Shown here: positions 42,401-52,732 of the stretch, piece after piece
How positions within the stretch are numbered: the stretch's first letter is position 1
How the letters are laid out: each line of letters begins with the position of its first letter
From: Barthelona sp. PCE
Taxonomy: Eukaryota
Assembly (NCBI GenBank): GCA_040285745.1
Contig: JAUFOR010000003.1
Coordinates: 930,001 to 994,000 of the forward strand
Length of the DNA: 64,000 nt
Direction: 5' to 3'
Translations under genes and position numbers: made by a program
The notes under the pieces: generated by a model
The model's input: the letters and a program-made list of their open reading frames with translations, nothing else
Databases searched by the model: none
What the model was told of the DNA's origin: nothing

Positions 42401-43285
42401 CATGCTCACAATACGGTCCAACTCCAGTCTTTCAACGTTTGATGATGACAACGTGACGTTTGTGAATTTAATACTGCTGAATACAACAAGGCTTATGGGC
42501 ATTGTTTGGAATACATTTGATTGCAAGGTGAGGCTGTAGATATCTCCATCACTAACAGAAATCATTGCGTTTTTTGAGTTTAAACTGATTAAAACAATCT
42601 CGCAATAGATTTTCGAAAAATTTAAAGCAGTTCCTGTTAGCGTTACAGTCAGTGAATATACGCTGATATCGTTGAACACTGTGCTAGCCCTAGACAGGAT
42701 ATTAATGCTAAAAGACGTTAATGAAGAGGAAATTTCGTCAACTAGAATATGTTCACCACTGATATCATTTCTTTCTCCAACAAAAACAGAGGAGTGCACC
42801 TCTACCCTATCTCCCACCAGATGTATATCCTTGAGAAATGTTCCATTTGCAAAAAAAATTTCAGATTTTGCAGAAAGATTAAACAGTGCGGAGTTAATGA
42901 CTGTTAAATTGTGGGCCAATATCGGTTTCAGCCCTAAATCCTCATCGACAATGTGTTCAACACGTGAATCATTTATCGATACAGTGTTAAAGTACAGAAA
43001 ATTTTGCTCTTCAATATTTAATGTTATGGAACTGTTATATATACTAAGTGAGGCAGAAAAGTGACTACTGCTCCACTTTAGTGTCACTTCAGTATTTTTA
43101 AGGTCACTAATAACGTTTAATCCTTTCTCGATGACAATAACCCTTTTGTTATCGTTATAATTAGCAGGATCGTTCGAAAGTGAGCATTTGACGGCAACCA
43201 ACAACAGTAAACAAGAGAAAAGGAATTGTGCCCGCATCAATGAGAAAAATGTATAGCGGGTTTTGATATTAATAGCCATGTTCAA
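39423..43285 (-). CDS. large surface protein: signal peptide, beta-helix-like ectodomain, Cys-rich region and multi-TM C-terminus; split over two frames near 41470-41570
   Basis: ORF 41468-43285 carries the signal peptide and S/N/I/F-rich beta repeats. It overlaps ORF 39423-41504, which carries CRAG...CQPCSAG, CAFGHTGIGCTHC and many TM helices. Confidence 0.65.
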
Positions 43286-43686
43286 TCCACAAGTTCTTAG
43301 AATTTAGAGAGTGTAGTGTTATCTAAATAACTCTTTAAGAACATCTAAATATTTTTTACTTTTTTCCATACTTTTGCTGATGGTTTAGAAGATTTTTATT
43401 TCTTTGTAAGCCTTTGATACAACAAACACATCATATTCAAGATTTTTATCGTTGATGTGAGATACTTGAACCAATGTTTTATAGTTTTGTAACAGTTATT
43501 CCATTTTTTGAAGTTCATTGGGGGAAAAGCGCAATTTGCAAAAAAGAAAAATTGTTTTTTTACTTGAAAATGATGTAAATTTGTCTTTGATAAAGTTTGT
43601 TAAAGAAGTTAGAGTCGTCAGAGAAAAATTTCAACTTTTGTATTGCAAACACATATATTACCTTTTTCCAACTATTTACACACAAA

Positions 43687-44190
<504 letters not shown>

Positions 44191-44417
44191 AAAAGGCCCT
44201 TGGACCAGTGTTATTCAAGAAAATGTTAAGAAAAGAAGCAGAATATAAATAAATTACCCCAAAAACTTGCAATACAACTGAACATCTCTTGGCAACTTTT
44301 TAACATCTGTAGTGGTACATATCCGTTCAATAAGATTCATAGGATGAATAAAAATAATGTTATATGATTGATTAAGCAGATAATCCCGTTTTCGCTTATA
44401 TCTTCATTTCGAACAAA

Positions 44418-45938
44418 ATGTTTCCCAATAAGAAGAACGCCGGTGCGCAATCAACCAACGTAGTGATTGGAGATGCAAACTACAACCAGTTTGAAGTTTT
44501 TGAAGCTCAAAAAGCTAGGAACAAGGATCCACAACCTATAACGAGCGTTCGCACAAAGGAAGAGCGTCAGAATATCATCAAGGAACTTCAGAAACCGCAT
44601 TGGGAACTTGGACAGACACAGAATCAGTATTCTACAACTTCTGGTTCGTCTTTCATCCCAGTAACCAGCGGAGCGCAAGATAAAGCATCAATTAGCGATG
44701 AGGTACAGGCTAATCATATCAAACTAGGTCTTCCTGGAGAGGAGGATTCGTATTTTTATGAGCGTTCATACCAGCAGTATGGTGTTGAGTCTGACGTGCC
44801 CCTGGTCAAGCGTGCAACGAAGAACTTTCAAAAAACGAACCTTGTACTTGGTAGTGGTTTAGGTGAGGGACGTTATGAAACTGCCACATCGACTGCTTTT
44901 CAAAAGATTGATCTGAACGACAAGCGTCTGAAGCACGACGTGAGAATTCTGAACCCACACGCGAACGATTCGGTGGTTTTGGGTGATGATGTACATTTTT
45001 GCGAATTCAAGAGTATGAACCAGACCGAAATGAGACAGTTTACAGCAGAGGAGACGTTGCAAGCCAAGGCATCAGCTGCCATCAGCCCCCAGAAACTCCG
45101 TAGATCACGTATTGTGCTTGGTACAGAGTATGAAGTGGATGACGGCTTCAACACAATGAATAAGAAGAATTATCCAAAGCACGACGTTGTCGCTGCACGC
45201 ATGAAACAGAACATGGCAAAGAAGAAGAAGAAGCTCAAGTTCAACAGCTATGAGTGGACTGACAGCATGAAAACGACAGCGCAATTAGATTTTGTTGAGC
45301 ATGATGTTGTTGAGGCACAACAGAGTGCTAACGCTGTTCAAGCCCACAGCTCATCGCTCAGCCTCAGTAATGACGGGAATAATTACTTTAGGACCTCGAA
45401 GCAAGAGGATTTCCCAATGTACGATGCCAAAGCTCAAATCAAGGATAGGAAGAATCAAAAACAGATGCGTGAGAAGCTCAATTCAACAAATTTTGCCATC
45501 GGCGATCATAATCTAGGCTTCAACGGTGAGTCTACGACTAAACAACAGTTTGGCAGCTATAAGGTTAGCAGCAACAGGCAAGAGAATGCGATATCCACAG
45601 CAAAATTGCAGTCGAGCACCTTTGCACTGGGAGATGGAGTTAGTACTAACTACCAGTCTACCACGAAGAGCCTTTTTGTACCTAGAAAGATCGAGCAACA
45701 GGACTCAGAGAAGCAGAAGATCATGCAGGATCGGATCAGGTCGTCAAAGGTTGTTCTGGGAGACGGGCACACTGCGATATTTACTTCTGAGCAAAAGAAT
45801 CAGTACAAGCCAAAGAGGGCTGTGCTAGACAAGGCAAAGATGGACAGCATAACATTGAGAAAGAACACATTCACTCTTGATACAGGACTGAGTGATCCCT
45901 CAATGTGGAAGACTACAAAGACAGACAGCTGGATGTAA
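44418..45938 (+). CDS. repeat protein resembling flagellar microtubule inner proteins (SAXO/TEX45-like)
   Basis: About 10 repeats of [ST]xFxLG...[ST]T...F/Y, e.g. STFALGDGVSTNYQSTTKSLF and TNFAIGD...STTKQQF. Confidence 0.65.
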   Translation: MFPNKKNAGAQSTNVVIGDANYNQFEVFEAQKARNKDPQPITSVRTKEERQNIIKELQKPHWELGQTQNQYSTTSGSSFIPVTSGAQDKASISDEVQANHIKLGLPGEEDSYFYERSYQQYGVESDVPLVKRATKNFQKTNLVLGSGLGEGRYETATSTAFQKIDLNDKRLKHDVRILNPHANDSVVLGDDVHFCEFKSMNQTEMRQFTAEETLQAKASAAISPQKLRRSRIVLGTEYEVDDGFNTMNKKNYPKHDVVAARMKQNMAKKKKKLKFNSYEWTDSMKTTAQLDFVEHDVVEAQQSANAVQAHSSSLSLSNDGNNYFRTSKQEDFPMYDAKAQIKDRKNQKQMREKLNSTNFAIGDHNLGFNGESTTKQQFGSYKVSSNRQENAISTAKLQSSTFALGDGVSTNYQSTTKSLFVPRKIEQQDSEKQKIMQDRIRSSKVVLGDGHTAIFTSEQKNQYKPKRAVLDKAKMDSITLRKNTFTLDTGLSDPSMWKTTKTDSWM

Positions 45939-45950
45939 ACTAGATTATTG

Positions 45951-46337
45951 TTACTTTCCGTATCGACGGATTACTTCACTGACAAGGTTTTGTTGCTCTT
46001 CATCAAGTTCTGCCACTTCTTCCTTTGTTAGTGCCAATAAAGCCTGAATATCATCCTCACTCAGGTCGTTCAAGACATCCATTGTGTCGTCTTCTGTAAT
46101 GGCCTGCATGGCATCGTGTTCCACAATTTTTTTTGTTCTATCCTGTAGTACAAGATCCTTTTCTTCAGGAGTAAGTGTATTAGGGAACTTGAATGAGTAC
46201 TTTTCGAGGGATTTAAGTAGATATCGAACTAGAACAGGATTCTTCTCAAACAACTGTGTGAGTTTTTCTTCGTTCTGTTTAAGATCGCTTACTTGGCATA
46301 AAAAATCATATTCTCGATCGTTAAATAACTGTGCCAT
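45951..46337 (-). CDS. small protein resembling the CstF-64/Rna15 hinge plus C-terminal domain
   Basis: LFEKNPVLVRYLL (hinge-like) and LLALTKEEVAELDEEQQNLV (CSTF_C-like). Confidence 0.5.
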   Translation of the reverse strand: MAQLFNDREYDFLCQVSDLKQNEEKLTQLFEKNPVLVRYLLKSLEKYSFKFPNTLTPEEKDLVLQDRTKKIVEHDAMQAITEDDTMDVLNDLSEDDIQALLALTKEEVAELDEEQQNLVSEVIRRYGK

Positions 46338-46656
46338 GCTAAAAAGTGTGGAATGTTGGAAAATTCAAAGACCAGTTTATTTTGTCCTTAAAATCTCTCC
46401 AAAAGAGATGAAAAAAAATGTTCAGCCAACAAAACATGTGTTCATCCATATTTAGCGGGAGTTTAACTGGAAAGAAACGAGGAAAATCTCACTATCCATT
46501 TAGTTCATAACTATTAACAAAATATACCAGTGGGCAACCGAAATAGGCGATAATCAGCAGTTGGTCAGGTCAACAGCATAAAATGTCTGCATCATTTTGT
46601 TATTGGATAAATTCTCTTCTTCCTTTTTATTTAGTAAGAAGAAAACTCCTGTGTGG

Positions 46657-47490
46657 ATGTCTCAACCACAGTACACCAATGCTCACAGCCACGAAGCTGA
46701 TTTACATAAAAAACGTACAATTTCGCAGAACCCCTCAAAGGTTCAAGCTGTAGAAGCAGTACCACTTTTATCAGACCCGATCACACACATTCAACAACCT
46801 TCGATGGCTAATAGTAATTCACAGCATATTGGAAATCATCAGCCTCACAATTCATCAATGCCTAAACCTGGGCCTCAAATGTATTACAGCAATGGAGCGC
46901 CCATTGTGAGCATGTTTTCCAGGCCGGTGCCTCAGAAGATCGAGAAGGACATCACCGATTTATTAGAGGAGTACAAGCCTGTTTTGCTGGCAATTGAGCA
47001 GAAAAAGCGAAAGAAGGAGATCAAACAGGATCGGTTGAGCCTGAATTTGGGTGAAGAAAGCAATGAAGATTCAGTTAACATGACATTCTCGGAAGCATTC
47101 AAGCTACACAAAGAAAAGTATCTGGAATTCGTCACTGAGATGCAAGAGTTCGTTGATGATACGGGTGTGCGACAAGCAAACAAGTTCGTCTGGAACGTTC
47201 CTGGGGTTAACCAGATCACACCAGACTTTTTATATCTGCATCAAATTGCAGATCAACTTCCTGATGCAAAGAACTTCAAATCGTTCGTTGACATGAACAA
47301 CCCGATCATACAGCAGCTTTTTTATGCCTGGACACTCCAACAGATGGCTTTTCAGCGCATCTATGTCAAATTCATCAACTCAGGTTTAAGTCCTTTCCAG
47401 TTCTTCAGTGAGCTTAACGCAGGGCTTTTGGAGGTCAAACCTAAAAGAAGAAGAGGAAGACCAAGTAAGAAGTACAAGCCAAAGCACTGA
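46657..47490 (+). CDS. hypothetical nuclear protein with C-terminal AT-hook
   Basis: KRRRGRPSK motif. Start placed at MSQPQ. Confidence 0.6.
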   Translation: MSQPQYTNAHSHEADLHKKRTISQNPSKVQAVEAVPLLSDPITHIQQPSMANSNSQHIGNHQPHNSSMPKPGPQMYYSNGAPIVSMFSRPVPQKIEKDITDLLEEYKPVLLAIEQKKRKKEIKQDRLSLNLGEESNEDSVNMTFSEAFKLHKEKYLEFVTEMQEFVDDTGVRQANKFVWNVPGVNQITPDFLYLHQIADQLPDAKNFKSFVDMNNPIIQQLFYAWTLQQMAFQRIYVKFINSGLSPFQFFSELNAGLLEVKPKRRRGRPSKKYKPKH

Positions 47491-50400
47491 AAGCCCAAAG
47501 ACGAATGTTGAAAACTTGAAAAGATATTCTTTTTTAATCGTTTTTTCGATTTTAACACATTGGAACGTTGTATTTTCATGTGACAAATGCTTCATTTCAT
47601 GAGAAATAAACATAGTACACAAATGCTTCTTTTTTTCAATGTGCTCACATATCAGCCGAGACTCTTCATCTAACGTTTCTCCTGTCTCACCTAGGATAGA
47701 ACTGTGCCTCGAAAGGACAGCGCTGAACGGAGACCAGGCCTTGAATTCAGTCGATATTCTAATAGATTCATAGTTGAAGGATGAAGCGCACACATACTCG
47801 ATAGTCTTATCTACATAGAATGCTACCATGCGTACTGCTGTACTGCTTTCAAAGAGAACAGGTCCAGTGGAAAGTGAGGTTCCTTCATACGTGTACATGA
47901 CGTGCTTCTCCTGGAATGCTACAGTTCTGATAAAACCAGGTGATATCAGTGATTCTATAAACGGGAGGGCGAAAGGGGTGTCAGGAGGTGCAATTGAGGA
48001 GCCCCAAAGAAGTGATGAGCTTCCTGTAATATGTGTATGTTGAGTCACGCATGAAAACCCACAAGCAGTTACTTTAACAACAGTACCATAAGTAACATCG
48101 CTGACAAATACATATGGTAGCCGTGATGTGAAGAACTCCTGATCGCCAATGCTCCAAGTATATGCAGGTAGCATAGTTTGTGCTGTTTGGAAGGAAACCG
48201 AAATCAAAAAAGCTTTATCATATAAGTGAGCGTTATTGATCGTAAAAGGGCCTACGAAGCCGAATTCAATCATGAATTGGAAAGAAGGGGAGTTTCCTAT
48301 GGTAATTACGGTATCAATCACGGGAACATTCGACTGAACAATTACTCTAAAGAAATCATTGAACTTCTCAACACTAGCGGTGCACATGGAACCATCGGTG
48401 CAGCTGACTCTCAATGAAGATTGAGTGTACACCAAAAATTGCGTGAACTCTGAATACTCTCCAAAGTGACCGTATGTTAAAGTTTGATTGAAAGCAACTA
48501 AAACAGGCACGTTTGCCACTGTCCTAAGCCCAGTCGTTTCATCTTGAACGTGAACATGGAATATGTATGTTTTCTCCACCGAAACAAAGGTTGAACTGAC
48601 AGTAACGTTTGCTTCAGTTGAGGAGAAGTCGTGCAGACAGTTTGCGCAATCCCAAATTACTGTGCAATTGATGCAAGCACCGCAATATCGAAGGTCGAAA
48701 TCGGTGGCGTTTGTTACAATCGGTGCAATGACACATACCGGAGGGGATACCATATCCTTCGCCTCAGTCATATTAATGACTGGAATATCACCATTGTTGA
48801 GCACACCTTTGCATATAGTGTCTGATGAGTCACATGTGGTGTTAGTTACGATGGAAAAACCCGAGTCCTGAGTTGAATATTCTATGGAAGAAGAACCGGG
48901 TATTGTAAAGCGTACCACCAATGAGGAGTCATCACCTTTCATGTAGAAATATGCAGTTTGCGCAACAGTGACGAAAAGGGAAGACGAGTGCTCGATCAGG
49001 ATTTCACGGTCATCAACCTTGAAGACCGCTTGGAGTTGCATCGTAGGCTCGACAAAATAAGCAGCAAGCGAGGCAGGGATGTTATCTCCGATGCTAAAAA
49101 CGAAATCATGGGACGGAAAAAGACGAACCACTCTGTCCGACAACGTATGTAATATGTTGAAGCCTTTTGCTAGCCTGAACGCGAGATCAAACTCAATTGA
49201 AAGTGCACCAAACGGTGAAAGGCTCATGGAAACAGCTCGTGGTCTCTTTTCCGGACATATTGTGTTGACACAAACGCAAAAATCGTTGCCTTCACACTCA
49301 CATTCATCGGCACACCTTGAACCATCATCATCAACGATCCAAGTACATCCCCTCAGGCAATTGACACACCCTGTGTTCTGGGAACAATTTTTGACAACTA
49401 GCTGACAGAAGAGTCCTGTATAGCCGTTCTTGCAGTAACAGACTCCGTCTACCACATTTCCATGTCCAAAACAGTCAAAAATAGCCGTCTCTGTCTCGCT
49501 TACACGGCGCATATGTGCTTTGAACCCCTTATAACTGTAATTATCATCAGAAGTGAAGCTCACCCACACGCGCTGAGTTTGTGTGAGCACGAATAAGCAC
49601 AGCTCCTCCGTTTCTGCAATGCTAAAGTAGCATATGTCCAAGAAAACAGCAACATCAGAGGAGCGGTCCAACGTAAGGTTTTGGGAATTTGTCGGTGTGA
49701 GGAACAAAGGTAGAGAGAGACCACGAGAACTGGTGAGATTGAGATGGCCGCTGAAGCGCGCATATGTTTTGTTACTCAATTCATGGTTGAACCCCAAGAT
49801 CTCAACTGTATCAAATTGGCGCTCGATATCCACCTTGCTGAACTGTAGCATTGTTCCCACCTGGGAATCATGGACTTCCTCAATCGGCATAAACACCCAA
49901 CTACAATCCATACTGGGCTGGTACCTCGAAAAGTAGCTCTGGGTTGCTATATCCGCAACTGTTGCTGTTATCTGCACAATACCCTCGCAATACCACCCAT
50001 GGGAATCGTAATTCAGCTCAAATCCACGGCCATCCACATTATCGTCCGTCACAAGGACGATACGTGCATATCCACCATTGACAACAACTGGTTCTGGGAT
50101 GGTTGAACCGCTATGTCGCATAACGATGGAGTCTTCATCATTTTGATCGGAGTTAAAGATGTAGACAACATCGTACTCCGCCTCAGTATCGAAAGAGATG
50201 AACTCGATTTCAATGCGGTCATGAACGGGAGAAGGCTGAATTATCCACGTGCATTCGATGCCTTCTTTGTATCTCTGGCCAACATTCGTCTGGATTGTTC
50301 CTTTGGGCTCAGTGAGTGTAACAATACCCGCGCAATGGTACAAAGAGCAGTCGTCTCCACTGAACAAACCTTGGCACATGCACCGACCCAAAACGCATAC

Positions 50401-52611
50401 ACCATGTCCGCTACAGTCGTTAAGGCAATGTGGAATGGAGCAGTCCGCACCACTATGCCTGTCGCACTTACAAACACCATTGATGCAAACACCATTGCCG
50501 TCAGAGGCATGACAATTGTTGGGACATACCTGTGTACCACCTTCCACTTCTGTCAGCTGCGATGAACCGCGTACGGCGAGCGCAAAGAATTGAGGGCCAA
50601 CAGGAACATAACTTCCGTGGACTACCACACGAATACTGTCACCTGGTCCGACTGATAGGTGGGCTTGCTGAACGTTATTCTTAGAGTCCCACTCTTTCCC
50701 CTCCAATAACCCCTCGTTACCCTTGGCTATGGACCCGTTCACGCGCATCACAAGGAGATCAAGATCGTTTACGAGACAAGACGTGCAGGCAGGGCTCGCT
50801 GGGTAGTCAACATAAGCCAACACCACGGTTACACTAACTGACTGCGTGTTATCATTGCGGAACCACCAGTTGCGTTGGGACCAGGTCGAAATTGGCACGT
50901 TGTCAACAAAGAACGTCATATTGCGTACAATATTTCCGAGGTTGGGTCGGCCAAAACCTTGTATGAACGATGGTGCCGGAGACACCTGCCGGAAATCACC
51001 TGTACCGGTCCAGTCCATACTTCCCGTGAGAGAAGTTGCCGACGAAATGATGAGCGCCTTGATTAGGCTTGAACTAGGTGCTTCCACGCTTCTGTTGTGT
51101 ATGAGATACTCACGTACCAGGGCCACAAACCCAGCAATGGTCGGGCATGCCATTGATGTGCCGGACTTCGACTGTACAGTGTCGCGTCCGTCACCACACT
51201 GCTTGAACGGGGCTGCGCTTGTGACATACTCACCAGGCGCAACCACATCGGGCTTGATTCGGTAGTCGCTGGTTGGACCTCTTGAGCTAAACGTTGCCAT
51301 GTTCACCTCTGAAAAGAGAGATGGGTATGTGGTCATCGCGGTGTAGTAATAGCAACAGGATGGGATCGACGGTGTGTTGTCTTCACAACAAGTGTCGACA
51401 AACCCTTGGTATGATGTCATAGAGGCTCCGACTGAAATTACGTTTTTGGCCAGTCCTGGAGAGCTCACACTGGCTAGTCCAGCCTTTCCGTAGTTTCCAG
51501 CAGAGAATACGACGACTGCATCGGGACGCAGGAAGACAAAAAGGTCTATGTCACGTGTGGAGACTGTGTACTCGTTGACTTGAGAAGACCAGCTGTTTGA
51601 AAAAATGCGGCTGCCAGCCTTGTATGGTTCGATGAATAATGTGCTTACGTCAAGAGGAAATGAAAGATACTCGCAGTCTCCTTGGCAAACGTCAACGAAA
51701 TAAAGCTTCGAATCAGGTGCAATACCGTCAAATCGAGAAGTGTTAAGACCAACAAAATCGAGACACTGCGATTGGCCAGCGATTGTTCCGCATACATGGG
51801 TACCATGCCCCTCTGTGCTTTCTATGGCATCGACGTGTGCGTCGTAGTAGTAAACCTTACGGTGATCCGGCATCTTTGTGTTAGGTCTGAAGAAAACAGC
51901 ATCATCTCTAAAGAATGGTGAAAGAACGTCAAGACCGGTGTCGATAACAGTCACCAATTCATTCTTTCCGCTGAGACCGAATCTTTCCGAATTAGGAGCG
52001 TGTGATCCTGTGGCAAGGATCGATGCAGCGTACATGTTGTCGATTGTGAAATCTTCATGAGAGTCGACCCATATAACTGATGGAATGTTGCTCAGAACTG
52101 ATGATATCTTCTTTAGACTCGTCTGTCGCGTGTAAAAGAGACGGTACCGTGTATTCCATGTCGATAGTGTGAATGTATCTGTTGGAATCACAAGATCTAA
52201 TAAACTCAACAATGCGCTTGTGTCTAGTACTGAAGAGGACTCAAATGAAAGGGACATGTTTTTCGCATTGGCGTGCATGGGAAACAAAATGGGTTCCTTC
52301 ATACGTGCGGCAGAAACTGTTATGTTAATAACACAGTCGCCGAAGCTAAATGCAGAACAACGGCCAATTATGGTGTTAGGTGGAAGAAATTGGAATCCAG
52401 AGAGACTGTGTGCATCTAAAGAACAATTAGTAAGAACACCGTGACAAATTGCAGCATCACTCTCGTTATCGTTGGATTGCAACGTTGTTGCCCAAAAAAC
52501 ATCACCTAACCCAATATTTCCGCCCTCTTTAGTTCCAAATCTATAAGCAAAAGAGCTTACAGAAGGAAGACACAAAAAAAACAAATACAAGAAAACTCTT
52601 GTGAACTTCAT
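47386..52611 (-). CDS. membrane-anchored subtilisin-like (S8) serine protease with EGF and CUB domains
   Basis: Signal peptide; catalytic triad VIDTG, HGTHVCG and GTSMACP; EGF repeats (CSGHGVC...); CUB domains (CTWII, FDTEAEYD); C-terminal TM helix. Confidence 0.92.
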   Translation of the reverse strand: MKFTRVFLYLFFLCLPSVSSFAYRFGTKEGGNIGLGDVFWATTLQSNDNESDAAICHGVLTNCSLDAHSLSGFQFLPPNTIIGRCSAFSFGDCVINITVSAARMKEPILFPMHANAKNMSLSFESSSVLDTSALLSLLDLVIPTDTFTLSTWNTRYRLFYTRQTSLKKISSVLSNIPSVIWVDSHEDFTIDNMYAASILATGSHAPNSERFGLSGKNELVTVIDTGLDVLSPFFRDDAVFFRPNTKMPDHRKVYYYDAHVDAIESTEGHGTHVCGTIAGQSQCLDFVGLNTSRFDGIAPDSKLYFVDVCQGDCEYLSFPLDVSTLFIEPYKAGSRIFSNSWSSQVNEYTVSTRDIDLFVFLRPDAVVVFSAGNYGKAGLASVSSPGLAKNVISVGASMTSYQGFVDTCCEDNTPSIPSCCYYYTAMTTYPSLFSEVNMATFSSRGPTSDYRIKPDVVAPGEYVTSAAPFKQCGDGRDTVQSKSGTSMACPTIAGFVALVREYLIHNRSVEAPSSSLIKALIISSATSLTGSMDWTGTGDFRQVSPAPSFIQGFGRPNLGNIVRNMTFFVDNVPISTWSQRNWWFRNDNTQSVSVTVVLAYVDYPASPACTSCLVNDLDLLVMRVNGSIAKGNEGLLEGKEWDSKNNVQQAHLSVGPGDSIRVVVHGSYVPVGPQFFALAVRGSSQLTEVEGGTQVCPNNCHASDGNGVCINGVCKCDRHSGADCSIPHCLNDCSGHGVCVLGRCMCQGLFSGDDCSLYHCAGIVTLTEPKGTIQTNVGQRYKEGIECTWIIQPSPVHDRIEIEFISFDTEAEYDVVYIFNSDQNDEDSIVMRHSGSTIPEPVVVNGGYARIVLVTDDNVDGRGFELNYDSHGWYCEGIVQITATVADIATQSYFSRYQPSMDCSWVFMPIEEVHDSQVGTMLQFSKVDIERQFDTVEILGFNHELSNKTYARFSGHLNLTSSRGLSLPLFLTPTNSQNLTLDRSSDVAVFLDICYFSIAETEELCLFVLTQTQRVWVSFTSDDNYSYKGFKAHMRRVSETETAIFDCFGHGNVVDGVCYCKNGYTGLFCQLVVKNCSQNTGCVNCLRGCTWIVDDDGSRCADECECEGNDFCVCVNTICPEKRPRAVSMSLSPFGALSIEFDLAFRLAKGFNILHTLSDRVVRLFPSHDFVFSIGDNIPASLAAYFVEPTMQLQAVFKVDDREILIEHSSSLFVTVAQTAYFYMKGDDSSLVVRFTIPGSSSIEYSTQDSGFSIVTNTTCDSSDTICKGVLNNGDIPVINMTEAKDMVSPPVCVIAPIVTNATDFDLRYCGACINCTVIWDCANCLHDFSSTEANVTVSSTFVSVEKTYIFHVHVQDETTGLRTVANVPVLVAFNQTLTYGHFGEYSEFTQFLVYTQSSLRVSCTDGSMCTASVEKFNDFFRVIVQSNVPVIDTVITIGNSPSFQFMIEFGFVGPFTINNAHLYDKAFLISVSFQTAQTMLPAYTWSIGDQEFFTSRLPYVFVSDVTYGTVVKVTACGFSCVTQHTHITGSSSLLWGSSIAPPDTPFALPFIESLISPGFIRTVAFQEKHVMYTYEGTSLSTGPVLFESSTAVRMVAFYVDKTIEYVCASSFNYESIRISTEFKAWSPFSAVLSRHSSILGETGETLDEESRLICEHIEKKKHLCTMFISHEMKHLSHENTTFQCVKIEKTIKKEYLFKFSTFVFGLSVLWLVLLTWSSSSSFRFDLQKPCVKLTEELERT

Positions 52612-52732
52612 TACAATTTCAACTCCCAAAAAATTGTGTTTAGAATGTTATTAGTCATAATGAACACGCGAAAAGGTAAAAAAAAAGGATTTTACTTTTA
52701 TGCTTTTACATTAACTTGATATGTATTTTCTT

